Source: Octopus sinensis
Lineage: Eukaryota
Direction: 5' to 3'
Length of the DNA: 64,000 nt
NCBI RefSeq assembly: GCF_006345805.1
Contig: NC_043005.1
Coordinates: 50,716,001-50,780,000, forward strand
A program made the translations under genes and the position numbers. Positions 12,176 to 25,420 of the stretch are shown here, in pieces (position 1 is the stretch's first letter; each line of letters opens with the position of its first letter). The notes under the pieces are model-generated. The model searched no databases and had not been told where the DNA came from. It saw only the letters and a program-made list of their open reading frames with translations.

Positions 12176-12810
12176 ATATATATATATATTACACGCACAC
12201 AAAAACATTACATATAATATACATATATATTTTACATATATATATATATATATATATATATTATGAAAGTGTTCGTGTGTGAATACATACGTACATGTAT
12301 GCTTAGGCATACGTTTATTGCAAAGCAAAATATCGAAGGATATCGTCATAAAAAGCAATTTTAGGAAACAAAGATAAAATACGCATTTCATTATCATTAA
12401 TCCTGTCTCAAAATTCATGACGTTTTTTTTTATATTTTTGGCTTTGTTTTGTTTTTAAATTGATAATCATTTTTGTATGACTGGTCATGTCGGACTTTTT
12501 ATCATTGTCTTGTTTTGGTGTGCAATTTGCATTTAGTTTCTTTCTCTTTTATATTTTCGAGAATTAAATGTATGTGAGACATAGTGAATATAATAATCCT
12601 CTATAGAATAAAAGAATAGAACAATTTTTTTTTTTTATAAATAAAAAAAAGATATCCTCTGCTTATCAATACAAAGTTTCTAATGTGTTTAAATCACATT
12701 GAATAATACTATCTGACACAAAGAAGAAAGGGAGAAAAGAGAAGAATGATCTCAACGTCAGCTAAATACTTCGGTAGACATGGAACATTATTATTATTAT
12801 TATTATATTA

Positions 12811-12841
<31 letters not shown>

Positions 12842-13213
12842 TGCAATATTTATATATATATATATATACTGATAAAAATAATGAAAAAGATTATCAAGTC
12901 GTAAGCTAAGCAGCGAGTATGTTTTAAAAACACGTACACAAGAAGAAGAAGAAGAAGAAGAGAAGAAGGAAGAAGAAGAAGAAGAAGAGAAGAAGAAGAA
13001 GAAGAAGAAGAAGAAGAAGAAGAAGAAGAAGAAGACGACGACGACGACGACTTCTTTTTACAGTCCACAAGGTCCCAAGACGTGAAGAATTGTATTAAAA
13101 CAAAACGAAATTATTTCAAAATATGTCGGATATACATTGAATAAAAGTGTGAGATATTCAAGAAAAATGAGGAAATAAAATAGATCAATAAATGACAATA
13201 AACAGCACTGTCA

Positions 13214-13430
13214 AGGCAGCGATTAGCAGAACTGTTAGCACGCCGCACGAAATGCTTAGCGGCATTTCGTCTGTGCTCACTTTTTGAGTTTAAATTCCGC
13301 CGAGGTTAACTTTGCCTTTCATCCTCTCGGGGTTAATAAAATAAGTACCAGCTGAGCACTGGAATCGATGAAATCGACTTACTCTTCTTCGGAACTTGCA
13401 GGTCATGTGCCAAAATTTTAAACCAATAAG
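13214..13430 (+). mobile_element. SINE family B monomer (diverged)
   Basis: ggcagcgattagcagaactgttagcacgcc...gcctttcatcctctcgggg...aagtacc. Confidence 0.8.
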
Positions 13431-14507
13431 GATCACTGTCAATGTAGAACAACAAAATAACCTCACGGAGTGGCTCTCAAAATGAGAGGGCTTTCAGATA
13501 CTGTGATTCGAATAAGCTTATATTCAACCCGCGATTTATTTCACGGTCCCAGGTCTTGCTACAATGATACAGCTGCAAAGTGTAGGCTATTTGCGTCTAA
13601 TTTCACCATACTTACACACTTTTCATAAAGCTTAATAGCGAAAAGTACCTAATTCTCAACCCTCACCTTTCTCTTCAAGAACCTTGGAACAAAGCCTGTG
13701 TCATTAGATCTCTCAAATTCGTCTACTTTGTAGTTTCCTTTACCACATCCGCCAGACAAAAGAAACCTCTCTTGTCTTCATTATCAAAAGTATGTTATAC
13801 TGTAAAGGACGTCTATCAACCAGGGTAAATTAATCCGGTTGATAACCGGGCCCCTTCCTTGCAGCATAACAGTTGTTCTGTATGAACCCACAGTCCAGCA
13901 ATGTATGGGTATTGGACTAATGATTGTCACTCATCTTCCTTAACCTGCGTGCATCTCAGAAGCGTTCAGATGACGACAACTCCAGCGCAGCCATACTAAC
14001 AGAAATGCGTTTGACATAATGGATCGCGCCATGTATTCTCGCTCTTTGTGTTCCGGGTTTCCTTACTGTTATTGATTTGTGTTATTGCTGTTATTGATTC
14101 GTTGTGGTTGCTGTTATTGGTTTGTGGTTAATGAACTGTTTTGCATTAATGGTAAACGACAGCGACCCTTGCTTTTCCTATAGATAAACATAGATGACGT
14201 GGAGATTGAAGACAGACTTGCTGCAAAGGTAACTGCTGGAGTTCGATTTATTCTTAGGAGGAACTTTCCAGGTGCAGATTCATGCTCAACACTGACTAAC
14301 ACAGGGTTTCAATATCTAGGATTAGACAATTGAATGTACAGTTTCTGATTAAGGAGGTAGTGTGCGATTTGAGTAGTGTGTGATTTGGCTGCTATTTCTT
14401 GTGATCCTAGCAACCAAACGTGAAACAACTAGCGCGATGACGGAATTTGAGGGAATTTGCAAAAAATAAAAAAATATCGGTCAAATGAAGTTGCACGCGA
14501 ATGGAGT

Positions 14508-15360
14508 GTTGTTGTTGATGATGATGACGACGACGACGACGACGACCACGACGATGATGATGATGATGCCGCCGCTGCCGCCGCTGCCGCCGCCGCCACC
14601 GACGACGACGACGACGATGATGATGGCGATGATAGTGATGATAGTGATGATGTTGATGATGTTGATAATGATGATGATGTCTTTGTTGTTGCTGTTATTG
14701 ATTTGTGGTTAATGAACTGTTTTTGTTTTGTTTTGTTTTGTTTTGCTTTGTTGTTTTTTTCCAAAAGCTTTTGTATTCTTGGTTTATAGCTTCATGTAAT
14801 GTATGCCGTGTTCTTCTCAATGAATTTTCTGCTTATGTATCCGTCCATTCTGAAATCCAAAGTGCATTTGCTTCATGTAAGGAGTCTTCATGTTTATTTT
14901 TATTTGTTTTGAACGGCAGTTTGTCTTTGATGTGTTTCCTTCTTTGCAGTTCTTCTATTATACTTTATTCGACTAAATAATTACTTGGTTTTTTTATTTC
15001 TTTAATCTATTAACGTTTATTTTTCTCCGTTAATTTCTTTATGACGACGTTGTTGTTGCTGTTGATGATGATGATGATGATGATGATGATGACGAAGACG
15101 ACGACGACGGTGGTGATGGCGGCGGCGAAAATGAGGATAAAGAAGTGCTGAGGATGATGATGATGATGACAACGATAGCGATGTTGATGGTGACAATGAA
15201 GATGATGATGGTGATGATGATGTCGATGATGATGGTGATGATGATGTCGACGACGGCGATGAAGACGACAATGATGGTAGTGATGACGACAGCGACGATG
15301 ATGATGATAATAATGATGCTGATGATGATGATGATGATGATAAGGAGGAGGAGGAAGAAG
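14508..15360. repeat. (GAT/GAC/GCC/GTT)n trinucleotide low-complexity tracts
   Basis: Direct reading. These tracts explain the poly-D/M/S ORFs. Confidence 0.9.
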
Positions 15361-15621
15361 GGGAGATGGAGTATGGTGGACGTGGTGCGGATAGTAATTT
15401 GTTGTTGTTTAACATCTCTGATTGAGAAGATCAATACAATCAAAATCATGCGAAGCCTTGGCAATTTCGTCTATTTAAAGTCTAAGATTACATTCTATAA
15501 TGTCTCCTATCCCTTTTTCAAGACGGTGAGTTTCATTTGCAGACAATTTGACGGCTATTTCAAGCAGATGTTGCGACTACGAGGCGGCTTCTCGTTGGTG
15601 CATATTCTTCAGACAGTCCTA

Positions 15622-16392
15622 AGGCGGCGAGCTGGCAGAAACGTTAGCACGCCGGACGAAACGCTAAGCGGTATTTCGTCTGCCGCTACGTTCTGAGTTC
15701 AAATTCCGCCGAGGTCGACTTTGCCTTTCATCCTTTCGGGGTCGATAAATTAAAGTACCAGTTACGCACTGGGGTCGATGTAATCGACTTAATACCTATG
15801 TCTGTCCTTGTTTTGTCCCCTCTATGTTTAGCCCCTGTGGGAATAAAGAATATGTATTTCGTCTGCCGCTACGTTCTGAGTTCAAATTCCGCCGAGGTCG
15901 ACTTTGCCTTTCATCCTTTCGGGGTCGATTAAATAAGTACCAGTTACGCACTGGAGTCGATATAATCGACTTAATCCGTTTGTCTGTCCTTGTTTGTCCT
16001 CTCTGTGTTTAGCACCTTATGGGTAGTAAAGAAATATGTATTTCGTCTGTCTTTATATTGAGTTCAAATTCCGTCGAGTCCATTTTACCTTCCATCCTTT
16101 CGGGGTCGATAAATTAAGTACTAGTTGCATCCTGGGTCGATCTGATCGACTGGCTCCCTCAACCAAAATTTCAGCCTTGTGCCTAGAGTAGAAAAGAATG
16201 TTTTTAAGACGGCGAGCTGGCAGAAACGTTAGCACGCCGGGCAAAATGCTTTGCGGTATTTCGTCTCTCACTATGTTCTGAGTTCAAATTCCGCCGAGAT
16301 CGATAAATTAAATACATTTGTGTCCTGGGGTCGATCTAATCGACTGGTCCCCTCCTCAAAAGTTTCGGGCCTTGTGCCTAGAGTAGAAGACA
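15622..16392 (+). mobile_element. Concatenated SINE family B array (head-core-tail1-core-tail1-core-tail2, then head-core-tail2)
   Basis: The core tatttcgtctg...gagttcaaattcc...aagtac recurs at ~15673, ~15855, ~16039 and ~16257; the last copy is internally deleted. Confidence 0.9.
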
Positions 16393-16928
16393 TTCTTTAT
16401 AGAGTCCTGGACTGGGTGAGTTGTTTTCAATCATCGAACGAAACGTGATGATAATGGTCAGAAAATATCATGTCTGGTGATAATAAAATGTGTAATAAAT
16501 TTTTTAAATGACGGTATTTCTATGAGTCTCACTTGTAATGATAAGGGTAATAACAACCGCCTGCGAAGCTATTTGATCAAGAAGATAATACCGGGAAAAT
16601 CTTTAAACATCGATAAACTTAAGAAATTTATTGTTTTGTTCACAGCCAAAATTACTTCGGGCATATGCAGAAAATTGCTTGATTAAAAAAAAACAAACAA
16701 TGCTTAAATTGAGTTTAGTCGCCATTTCAAAGAAAAGCAAACGCACAGCGACACATACGTATACGCACGAACATGCTGACACACACGAACAAGCTCATAC
16801 AAATATCTCGTCCGGCGCCTGAACTTTCCGCCAATCCAACACTCACAAGTTTTACTCTCTTCACCGGATTCTAAATGGATGAAAGGCTTAGTAAATACTG
16901 TGTGTGCGCATGCGTATATGTATATTTA

Positions 16929-16929
<1 letters not shown>

Positions 16930-17009
<80 letters not shown>

Positions 17010-17068
17010 AATCTTTCTATCTATCTATCTATCTCTCTCTCTCTATATATATATATATTGAGATAGAT

Positions 17069-17136
<68 letters not shown>

Positions 17137-17165
17137 GATAGATAGATAGATAGATAGATAGATGA
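16930..17165. repeat. (TCTA)n followed by (TAGA)n, inverted microsatellite pair
   Basis: Direct reading of the sequence. Confidence 0.95.
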
Positions 17166-17404
17166 GTATATTATCATGCATACACCCATACATATACACA
17201 CATGCAAATCCTAGATTTGAGGAAAGTATTAATAATTGGTATATATATATATGTTTGACCCACATACACTATCACATAATGCCCACAATATAGGTATAAA
17301 ATATGCAATAAACATAAATGTCTATACATACATGCATACATACATACATACATACATACATACATACATACATACATACATACATACATACATACATACA
17401 TACA

Positions 17405-18050
17405 ACAGTAAAAAACGCTAGAACTTAACCGTAGCGTGACTGGACTACCTGAAGGCTTTTGATAGTATACCGTATGGGTGGATCATCAATGCTTTACAGT
17501 TAGCCAAAGTCTCATAACCACTAGTGAGTGGTATTGAGTGCCTGCCCAAGGCTTGATATACCACATTGCTCCTTAAGAGTGATAAGGAGCAAATTGCTTC
17601 TCGTAACATTCACAACCAAAGCGGTATGTTTCAGAATGATAGCCTCTCAGTACTGCTCTTCGTCGTCTTACTACCTTATCTGCTCAGTACCTTATTAAAC
17701 TCACTGCCTTATCTGCTCAAAAATCACAGAAGTCATAAAAATGGGTTCAGAAGTATCTCCTATCTTTTCAAAAATGTAATTGGACCTCATCACCCAATTT
17801 TCTACAGGCATTGAAATGAAATTTGGTGAATCCAAATGTGAATTTTTGACAATAAAACGTGAAATAGTTGTGCCTCCTTCGAAAACCTAAAGATGAACGG
17901 CTTGACAAGGCAACGTCAGGTGACAATTATAGATATCTTGGAGAATATGATAATGTCAGATATGATGGACTCGTAAATAGAGAGAGGACCAGGAATGAAT
18001 ATCTCAGGATAGTAAAGTGAATGTGGTCATCAGAATTCTCAACTAACAGG
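17405..18050 (+). pseudogene. Decayed RT fragment of an R4/Dong-type non-LTR retrotransposon
   Basis: Reads NLTVA*LDYLKAFDSIPYGWIINAL and SGMFQNDSLSVLLFVV, and later YRYLG. It begins directly after a (TACA)n tract. Confidence 0.7.
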
Positions 18051-18052
18051 TG

Positions 18053-18200
18053 TATGAGGTCTGATCAATAAATATCCGGACTGTTGTCATAGTAACGAAG
18101 CTAAAGCACACAGAGTAAAGCCGCTTGGCACAGATTGACCTTGAACTCTGCTGTGCATGCGCACTAACTTTTAACGTTCTAGCTCACTTCTTCTGTTCGC
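18053..18200 (+). mobile_element. Mariner-like left-end fragment
   Basis: tatgaggtctgatcaataaatatccggact resembles mariner TIRs of the TA|CGAGGTCTG.TCAA.AAGT type. No partner end was seen. Confidence 0.4.
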
Positions 18201-18228
18201 ATCTTGAAAGGAAGGTATGTTTTGCCTG

Positions 18229-18455
18229 TGGGTCCCTTTGATTCAAATTCTACTCTATTGGTCCTCCATAGCTATTTGAAGATTTAAAAATGATCCTATT
18301 ATATTTTTATAATTAGTTATTAGGAACTGTATGAAAAAATTGTTAAAATATTTTGTGTATTGTTGAAGTATAAGAAATTTATTACACTTACATTTTAACA
18401 ACAAAATCGTATATTCGACCCCCAAGTGTCATATGAACCCTATTGGAGAACCATT
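18229..18455 (+). mobile_element. Partial hAT/Charlie-like MITE
   Basis: Collinear with 41650-41875. Confidence 0.6.
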
Positions 18456-19425
18456 CGTTTAAAAGCTGATGATCAAAAGAAAACGCTTTCCTTCATAGCC
18501 TTGCTACCAAGCAGGTGGCTGGTCAAAATTCATTCTAAAAAGATAACATACATACATACATACACACACATACACACACGCATACATACATACATACATA
18601 CATACATACATACATACATACTACATACATACATACATACATACATACATACATGCATGCATACACACATATATATACATACATACATACATACATACAT
18701 CATACATACTACATACATACATACATACATACATACATCATACAACAGTATAGATTTATACTTCAGCACCTCGCCACCTGTATACATACGCATGAACATA
18801 CAACCCAAAAGCTAATGTCACAGTTAGTCACAGTTATTTAAAAGTCGAATGAGTATAGAACAGTGTGTAATAGTAGCAGTAAGCTATTAGAAGGTTATTT
18901 TATACCAGTTCTTAGACTTACTGGTTCGAGAAATCAATAGGTGTAATGTTTTAAAATTCGGCATATAAATACACTGCATAAACACACACACACACACACA
19001 ACGCATTCACACACACATAAACACACGTGTATGTGTATATATGCACTTATGTGTCTTTAAGTCTACTTAAAGATAGAGATAGTATGTATGTGTATTTATA
19101 TGCACATATATATATGCGCGCGCGTTTGCGTGTGCCTGCGTGTGTGTGAGTATGTGTGTATTCAGTATTATCTGGGTAATAATCTCATAGCGTGCGTTTA
19201 AAGCTCCTACACTTTTATCGGCTACCATATGCCATCATACCACAAGGTTATTTCCTGGTGGATAAACATGTGGAATTCTGTTAGAGTATAGTATTCATAT
19301 AAAATTTATTCAAGATGGAGTAAAAGAGGCTTTGATTACAAATTACAGCATTTGTTTCTGTGCCACAGCACGAGATTTGAGTTGCTAAGTTTTCATTCAG
19401 TTATCACTACATGAAATTATTTTGT

Positions 19426-19817
19426 GACTGTGTGGTAAGTAGCTTACTTACCAACCACATGGTTCCAGGTTCAGTCCCACTGCGTGGCACCTTGTGCAAG
19501 TGTCTTCTACTATAGCCTCGGGCCGACCAAAGCTTTGTGAGTGGATCTGGTAGACGAAAACTGAAAGAAGCCCGTCGTATATATGTGTATATATAGGTAT
19601 GTGTGTGTATATGCTGTGTATCTGTGTTTGTCCTCCCAACATCACTTGACAACCGATGCTGGTGTGTTCACGTCCCCGTAACCTAGCGGTTCGGCAAAAG
19701 AGACCGATGGAATAAGTACTAGGCTTACAAAGAAAAAGACCTGGGGTCGATCTGCTCGACTAAAAGGCGGTGCTCCAGCATGGCCACAGTCAAATGACTG
19801 AAACAAGTAAAAGAGTA
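19426..19817 (+). mobile_element. SINE family A
   Basis: Head gtgactgtgtggtaag...ggttcagtccc and tail ggcggtgctccagcatggccacagtcaaatgactgaaac. Confidence 0.92.
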
Positions 19818-19894
19818 ACTGTAAATGGATATTTAAACTAACGATAAATAAAAACGTAAAGAATTGCCAGCAGTTAGTAGGTGGGTAGGTATAT

Positions 19895-20101
19895 ATGTCC
19901 ACTCAGCTGGCAAAAATGATTGTACCCGTAATTCAAAGGGCTGGCCTTGTAACATCCTGTGTCAGGCTGAATCGCCTTGAGAATTATGTTAACAGTCCGC
20001 GTGTTTGTGAAGTGCTTAGCCACTTGCACGTTAATTTCACGAGCAGGCTGTTCTGTTGATCGGATCAACTGGAACCCTCGCCGTCGCAACCGACGGAGTG
20101 T
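19895..20101 (+). mobile_element. 5'-truncated SINE (end of core D + tail X)
   Basis: gtccactcagctggcaaaa followed by ttcaaagggctggccttg...cgacggagtg. Confidence 0.8.
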
Positions 20102-20233
20102 CATATGTCTGCGTGTATGTATATGTGTAGGTATGTACGTGAGTTTTGCAGAGGGTGTATGTGCATAAGTAGGATATATGTGGAGATATATGTAGGAAAA
20201 CAGGAGTGGAAGTGAATATGTCTTTAAAATGAA

Positions 20234-20440
20234 ACTGGATCTCTTCCTGTCAGGTGTCCCAGATGAACCAACTTCACGGCAGAAGGTGCAGATGAGGGCA
20301 GCTGCATCGAACTCTCTCATGCACCAAATGGCAGTTGCTAGAAAGCGTTCGTGAAGTAAAACCAAGTAGCAACACCAAATGGCGGTGCCCCAGCATGGCC
20401 ACAGCTCATGAGCTGAAACTAGAATCAATCAATCAATCAT
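20234..20440 (+). mobile_element. 3' fragment of the same CR1-group LINE as 8322-9965
   Basis: Near-identical to 9756-9945, ending in an (AATC)n tail. Confidence 0.92.
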
Positions 20441-20488
20441 AAAAGAATGTGTGTGTGTGTGTGTATCGATGTGTATACCTATGTGTAT

Positions 20489-20564
<76 letters not shown>

Positions 20565-21019
20565 ATTACACTATTTATTACACTATATATATATATATTA
20601 TATATATAATATATATATATATGGAGGGCGTATGTTGGATAAAGCGAATGAATGGACATAAGTGAAGTACGAAGGGTTAGTCGAATAACTTTCTGTGTGA
20701 GATAAGAATATTATGAAATACCAAAAAGTTTCTTTTTTACTCAAGAGGTGACAATGGGTCATTTTGACGGAAAGCGGCTACGACTATAAAGATAATAAAT
20801 AATTCTTGTTCATGTCTCGAGACGAAATGAGACAAGCTTGCAATGAAATACGAAAGGCAAGAGTTATGCTTGATATACATGTATGAATTTATTTGTTTTT
20901 GCCTCCTTAAATGAATTCAGTCTATTTGCTTTGGAATTGTCACTTTTATTTTATATTGTTTTATTTTTATTTTACTATAAGTATATATGTATGTATATAT
21001 ATATTATATATATATAATA

Positions 21020-21074
<55 letters not shown>

Positions 21075-21758
21075 CATACATGTGTGTGTGTGTGCGTGTA
21101 TTTGGTATTTGTAACTTGTGTGGCCTTGGACTTCTGAACTACTCGATAAAGATAGAAAGATATTTATATGAAGGCAAATAAATGAGAAGAAATTCAAAAA
21201 GATCCGGCAGTGCATTAAAAACAATCGACTCGATAAAAAAACCCAGCTCACATCTGTTGCTGAATCATGCTTAATTATATAATTACTTCTAAAATAATTA
21301 TATGTAATGATATGAGAATGAAAACTCTGGAACTTAAAGCTCGTACAATGGCACAGAAACAAATGTTGTAATCTATAATTATATAGTCTGTTTTACCATC
21401 ATCTTGTATAAATTTTTATACGTATATATATATATGAGTGAGTGTATGTGTGTGTGTATGTGTGTGTGTGTGTGTGCGAGCGCGCACGAGTACATATGCA
21501 TTTATGTGTGTGTATGTGTATATAAGTGTGCTTAAGCGGGGCTGAGCTATTGTTAAGTAACAACATCAATGAGCACATTGAAGTAAAACAAAATCACATA
21601 AAGCGTCAATAAACTTCAAATTGCTCTCTCTCTACTTGACAGTAACTGGGCTGCTTTCGTATTGTGTTACCCATGGCCTGTCATGGTACAACAGTTCGAT
21701 CATAACTATCTTTGCAGCTGTGAACATGTCGTTTTATTTCTTGTCCATACACCACTGG

Positions 21759-22163
21759 CAGTGTGGTAAGTAGCTTGCTAACCAGCCACACGGCTCCGGG
21801 TTCAGTCTCACTGCGTGGCATCTTGGGCAAGTGTCTTCTGCTATATCCCCGGGCCGACCGAAGCCTTGTGAGTGGATTTGGTAGACGGAAACTGAAAGAA
21901 GCCTGTCGTATATATGTATATATATATTTATATATGTATGTGTGTGTGTGTGTTTGTGTGTCTGTGTTTGTCCCCCTAGCATTGCTTGACAACCGATGCT
22001 GGTGTGTTTACGTCCCCGTCACTTAGCGGTTCGGCAAAAGAGACCGATAGAATAAGTACTGGGCTTACAAAGAATAAGTCCCGGGGTCGATTTGCTCGAC
22101 TAAAGGCGGTGCTCCAGCATGGCCGCAGTCAAATGACTAAAACAAGTAAAAGAGTAAAAGAGT
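21759..22163 (+). mobile_element. SINE family A
   Basis: Collinear with 19426-19817. Confidence 0.92.
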
Positions 22164-22204
22164 ATACCGTATTTTCCCTTTCAGGTGTAGCAGAAACTAT
22201 TTCG

Positions 22205-22496
22205 TTGTGTCTGGGGAGAGTCATGTTCTTTTTGTGCCTTATAATGTAACACACTCACCGGTAAAATTTCCACTTATTTCTTATTTTATTTTCCTAAATT
22301 TTCGTTGCGTTTTGCAACCTTTTCAAAAGTCTTGACTAATAGTCTTGACTTTTCAAGAGTCAAAACTATTGAAAAGGTTGCAAGACGCAACGGAAATTAT
22401 AAGAAAATAAAATAAAATAAGAAATAAGTGGAAATTTTACCGGGGAGCGTGTTACAATTATAAGGCACAAATATAAATGACTCTCCCCAGACACAA
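22205..22496. mobile_element. Fold-back MITE / ~290-bp imperfect palindrome
   Basis: ttgtgtctggggagagtcat...ccggtaaaatttccacttatttcttatttt...gttgcgttttgcaacctttt is mirrored by aaaaggttgcaagacgcaac...aaaataagaaataagtggaaattttaccgg...atgactctccccagacacaa. Confidence 0.9.
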
Positions 22497-23278
22497 GAGA
22501 ATATGCTTCAATACACGAACTCATATAAAGAATCTTGCAAACCAAATCCAAAAACGAAAGAAACTATTTCATTTTGGTTTTAAAGAAAGTTGATTTCAGT
22601 GAGAGCCGTTTGGTTATTATTTCTAGCATGCCGATCAACCAAATAGAGACCTCACTGTAATTTAGTATTCTACTTTGATGCAGCGTAACGTTTTAAGCAG
22701 CGACAGCACAATACATCACGTATTACTCGCAACTTCCGGCGCGCCATTTTATTTGCAGTGAGACAACTAGCAAAGTCGATAATAGGCGACAGAATGACAT
22801 ACCCACCTACTAAACTTTCAAAGCACCCAGGTATTTAGATAAAATTTCCGTTTTTCACAGACTGCTAAATGGTGATACACCTGCATGACTGTCTGTACTG
22901 CTGATTCTATTCAAAAGAAATAATGTTAATAACCTACCGAAATCCACATTTACCCGACACCTGCATTTTTATACGTTTAAGTATGCATGTATGTACGTGC
23001 GTATGTATGCATGTATGAATGTATGCATGTATGTTTGTTTGTTTATATGTATGTATATATGTTTGTATGTGAGTGCATGTATGCATACTTGTATGTATGT
23101 ATGTGTGAGCATGTATGTATTAATGTATGTATGGTGTATGTAGGCATATATACATATCTTCATGTATGTAATGTATGCGTTTGTAAGTCGTGTAGTGTTC
23201 TAAACTAGTGTACGTATATCTATATATTTGTCTGTCTATTTGTATGTCCCTCCATCTATCCGTCCATCCATCCATCCA

Positions 23279-23330
<52 letters not shown>

Positions 23331-23921
23331 GATCGATCTTTTATCTTTATCTTACTCTCTCTATATAGAGACACATATAAGTATGCATACATATATGTAT
23401 ATACATATATAAACACATTAGCATGCACAAACGTTGAAACCAATATATGATATCGACTTCGGTACTTATTTCGGTGTGGCACTTTTTTTAATCTATCTTT
23501 ATTTTTCCAAATGCAGGAAGGCCATCTCATGTGAAACCGTTACTGGAAATGCTTTCCGGATATTATGTTCTTGCTTGATATTAATGTACGGATATTTAGA
23601 GCGTAGAGCTAGTGTTGTATACGTGTTATTCACCGAAATGCAATGTCAGGAATCATATCAAATACACACGCATACATATACACGCAAGCGCGGGTACGCT
23701 TGGGCATCGATCAGAAAAACGGCCTTCCGCAGCCTAAGCGGCTCCGCGTCGCCGGCACCTGCTCTACCCGTGCATGGCCGTTCCCTTTTGTCGCAACAAT
23801 ATGTTCGGCCTTTCGCAGCCTACTTAACCCACAGATAAAGCATATTTATTTACCAATGCGGTGCTGAGCTCTCGTTCTGATATCGGCGAACCTATTATAC
23901 TTGGTAACACACACAGACATA

Positions 23922-24100
<179 letters not shown>

Positions 24101-24522
24101 TGGTTAGATCCAAGCATAGACACGGCTTGTATAGATAACACAAGGTAGATGGTATTCGATGAACGAGGATTGTTAACGTATGCAATACATTTCGCCGCAT
24201 ATCGGATTAGATAGAATTTTCCGATAAGATGACCGTCGCTATACAACTAGCCGCAAAAGTGGCTAATTATGCTATTATAAATCTGTAGGTAAAAGGAATG
24301 GAATTGGTGATTACGTACTTCATAGGAGGGAGAAGAAGGAACATAGAACATCTATATAAAAGCTTAAAATCACATAGTATCCATTCCCTTCACCCACTAA
24401 TGCATATACTTGTGTGTGTGCGTGTGTGTGGTTTGGGTAGAAAGAGAAGAGAGATGATATTGATACAAATAAACAGATACCAATCTTGGGTTTTAATGTA
24501 CAATATATATATATATACGCAT

Positions 24523-24570
<48 letters not shown>

Positions 24571-24697
24571 GAACACATGCAAAAAGAGAAGCCAGACTCA
24601 AAATTTCCAGATGATAGACGATCAAGTATAACAATCAGTGTTCTCCATACTGAGATTCCCTCAGTCTCATTTCTTGACTCATTATATATGTATGTGT

Positions 24698-25070
24698 GGA
24701 GGCGCAATGGCCCAGTGGTTAGGGCAGCGGACTCGCGGTCTTAGTATCGCGGTTTCGATTACAACACCTGGTGTTGTGAGTGTTTATTGAGCGAAAACAC
24801 CCAAAGCTCCACGAGTCTCCGGCAGGGGGTGGAGGTGAACCCTGTTGTACTCTTTCACCACAACTTACTCTTTCTTCCTCTTTCTGTTGTACCTGTATTT
24901 CAAAGGGCCAGCCTTGTCACACTCTGTGTCACGCTGAATCTCCCCGAGAACTACGTTAGAGGTACACGTGTCTGTGGAGTGCTCAGCCACTTGCACGTTA
25001 ATTTCACGAGCAGGCTGTTTCGTTGATTGGATCAACTGAAACACTCGTCATCGTAACCGACGGAGTGCCA
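24698..25070 (+). mobile_element. tRNA-headed SINE (core C + tail X)
   Basis: tRNA-like head ggaggcgcaatggcccagtggttaggg...ggtttcgatt. The core is shared with 50930-51104 (-) and the tail with 25152-25329 (-). Confidence 0.85.
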
Positions 25071-25074
25071 ACAA

Positions 25075-25107
<33 letters not shown>

Positions 25108-25117
25108 TGTATGTATG

Positions 25118-25149
<32 letters not shown>

Positions 25150-25151
25150 GA

Positions 25152-25420
25152 GCACTCCGTCGGTTGCGACGACGAGGGTCCCAGCTGATACGATCAACGG
25201 AACAGCTTGCTCGTGATAATAACATGCAAGTGGTTGAGCACTCCACAAAAACGTGTGCCCTTAACGTAGTTCTCGGGGAGATTCAGCGTGACACAGTGTG
25301 TGACAAGGCTGGCCCTTTGAAATACAGGTACTACTTATTTTTGCCAGCTGAGTGGACTGGAGCAACGTGAAATAAAGTGTCTTGCTCAAGGACACAACGC
25401 GCTGCCGGGAATTGAACCCA
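25152..25420 (-). mobile_element. SINE (core D + tail X), head truncated
   Basis: Minus strand reads gggttcaattcccggc..gtgtccttgagcaagacact...ctcagctggcaaaa followed by tail X. Confidence 0.85.

Noticed and set aside
15622-16392. Repeated units resembling a CRISPR array
   Set aside because: The units are ~180-bp SINE modules without unique spacers, in a eukaryotic context with no cas genes.
24698-24765. tRNA gene
   Set aside because: It has A/B boxes but no proper cloverleaf, and it continues into a SINE body.
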